Shown: positions 62,247 through 64,000 of the stretch, piece after piece | Layout of the letters: each line of letters begins with the position of its first letter | Position numbering within the stretch: position 1 is the first letter of the stretch | Source of the DNA: Pelomyxa schiedti | Taxonomy: Eukaryota > Protista > Evosea | DNA length: 64,000 nt | Assembly: GCA_020536535.1 (NCBI GenBank) | Contig: JAHLWZ010000711.1 | Coordinates: forward strand, 27,927-91,926 | Direction of reading: 5' to 3' | The notes under the pieces: model-generated | Database searches by the model: none | Seen by the model: the letters and a program-made list of their open reading frames with translations, nothing else | Told to the model about the DNA's origin: nothing | Program-made: the position numbers and the translations under genes

Positions 62247-64000
62247 TCTTGTCCTTTGTACAATCAAATAGGAGCTTCCCTTGTGTCTGCCACTTCAATT
62301 GCAAAATTTCTAGTTTCCGGTATGATATACAGAGCAGAATGTGCAAGATACCATGTATGATTCCTTATTTGCACTTCTCAACAAGTAATAATTCTCCAGG
62401 ATGCAATCCAACTGGTAGGTTGACTGCAATCTTCATAGTTGTCCAGCCTGCGATTGTCAAATTGTTGGCTGATACTATCCTCTTGGTGGTTCTATTCTTC
62501 ATAAGTAAATGTACTTTCTTCCCACCTTACCATCTAAATGAATTACAAGAATTCAAGATGTCTCCTTAGTACATTGTAGTGGTATCACAGCCCAGCCCAG
62601 TAGAACTATATCCTTCAGTCCTTTGGTCACTGTACAAGTTACAATGTGCTTTTTTGCATTTCCAATTTCTGCAGGTAAATCAATTCATCCCCAGAATTCC
62701 AGTAATGTGTCATTGATAGCTTCAGCTTTTGCAATACTATTCAAAGTGGACAACCAAGTGCCCAACTTACTACGAAACGCGTGCTTGCTTGCCTTGGCGT
62801 CAGAGTAAGCAGCTGTAGATGAGGGAATTGCCTTTCCTCCACCATTACATAGGCTACAAGTTTTGGCAGAACCTGTGCAGCCACCAGACTCACTACCAGA
62901 GCTTTCCTTCACGTCTGTTTGCTCTTCTTCATCGCTGACTCCTAACTCACATACTCTAGGCTTAGTACAATCTCTCCACTTGTGACCATATTGTCCACAG
63001 TTATGACATTTGATGTGACTATTTCCAGAATGAGATGTGTTCGATGATGAATCAAATGTGGTGTGCTTGGTTGGTGGATAGTGGTAACTTCCTGATGTGC
63101 TAGTGCTAGCAGATGTACTAGTGGTGAGTAGTCGAGGGAGAATGGTTAGAGGTGCTTCCATGTGTCTGGTTTGAATGGAATTGTTCTGATGGTAATATCC
63201 ACGATCATTGTATGTCACGTGAATTCGTTTGTTGTGATCCTCAACCTCTTGTAGTTTCTGGATCAACTTTGGAATCGTTGTCACTTGGCATTTCACTGCC
63301 GTGTGGTAACACACTTCCCATACAATGCATTTATGGACATCTTCACTTTCATATCTTCATCCAGTGGAGTTCTCAATCTCACCACTTCTTTCTGAAATTC
63401 ACTCCCAGAGTATACAATCTTCTCACCGCATTTTTGTCTCATATTTGCCAGGTGGTGCAACTGTTGACCTTCATTGCGGTGTACAGTTAGTTTCTCAGGT
63501 TCATCAAAAACATCATCAATAGACAAATGTTCCAGAAATATGATTGCATCGTTTCTGGTCAACTCCTACAAATACTAATCATTGCCTGACCTTTGGTCCA
63601 GCCACTTTTGTGATTGATCTCTTTCACAAGCGTGGACCATAACCTGAATGGTTGATGAAAGTGGTATGCGGGAATATTTGTCTTGAACATAGGCGTTCTC
63701 CCAGATGGTGCAACCGCAGATTCTGTGTTATTCAAAGGCCGCGAAGCTGTATCTTCCTGGTTCTGTTCATTAGGTCCCTTATCTTCCACTACTGGGATAT
63801 CCTCATGTCCTCCCAGAGTTTCGCTATGTGCGTCAATGATCACACCTTGATGTTGGAGTCTTTTGTCAAAAGCAGACATAGTTTTCTGTTGACACTGTGT
63901 GTATTCTGTCCATGTTTTACTGTTGTCGTTAACAGTTTTCTGTAAGTTAGTGATTTGCTCTGTGCTATTCTGATTTCTGATAAACTCTTGAGCTATTTGC
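62247..64000 (-). mobile_element. Decayed LTR-retrotransposon-like gag(-protease) remnant
   Basis: Zinc knuckle CHNCGQYGHKWRDC (CX2CX4HX4C), upstream gag-like fragments broken by frameshifts, downstream protease-like DIVLLGW; multiple stops; no introns. Confidence 0.65.

Overview
Gene-dense, intron-rich eukaryotic DNA with short (about 35-60 nt) GT-AG introns and intergenic gaps often under 300 bp. The style and one lineage-type motif family suggest an amoebozoan protist, possibly Pelomyxa-like (inference only). About 21 protein genes can be reconstructed: PP2A B'' subunit, AP-4 sigma, Cdc15/MAP3K-epsilon-like kinase, Sec61alpha, ADP-ribosylglycohydrolase, CLU+WD40 protein, La protein, LNR-repeat membrane protein, ankyrin-SAM protein, F-box protein, GH2 beta-mannosidase, 8-unit polyubiquitin, a bacterial-style surface metallophosphoesterase, nucleoside hydrolase, Qa syntaxin, a giant NT-C2/coiled-coil/DIL protein, PDI and several unknowns. 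Two regions break the pattern. (1) 35.4-40.1 kb has no recognisable gene but contains a pre-miRNA-like hairpin. (2) 59.1-64 kb is a nest of mobile DNA: three copies of a tRNA(Ser)-like Pol III cassette linked to L1/Tx1-like LINE 3' fragments, a 435-bp TA-duplicating DNA transposon inside one LINE, and a decayed gag-protease. The most promising signals are the tRNA-like cassette/LINE association, the polyubiquitin whose last unit lacks RGG, the hairpin, and the likely horizontally acquired phosphoesterase. Exon boundaries were read by eye and are approximate.
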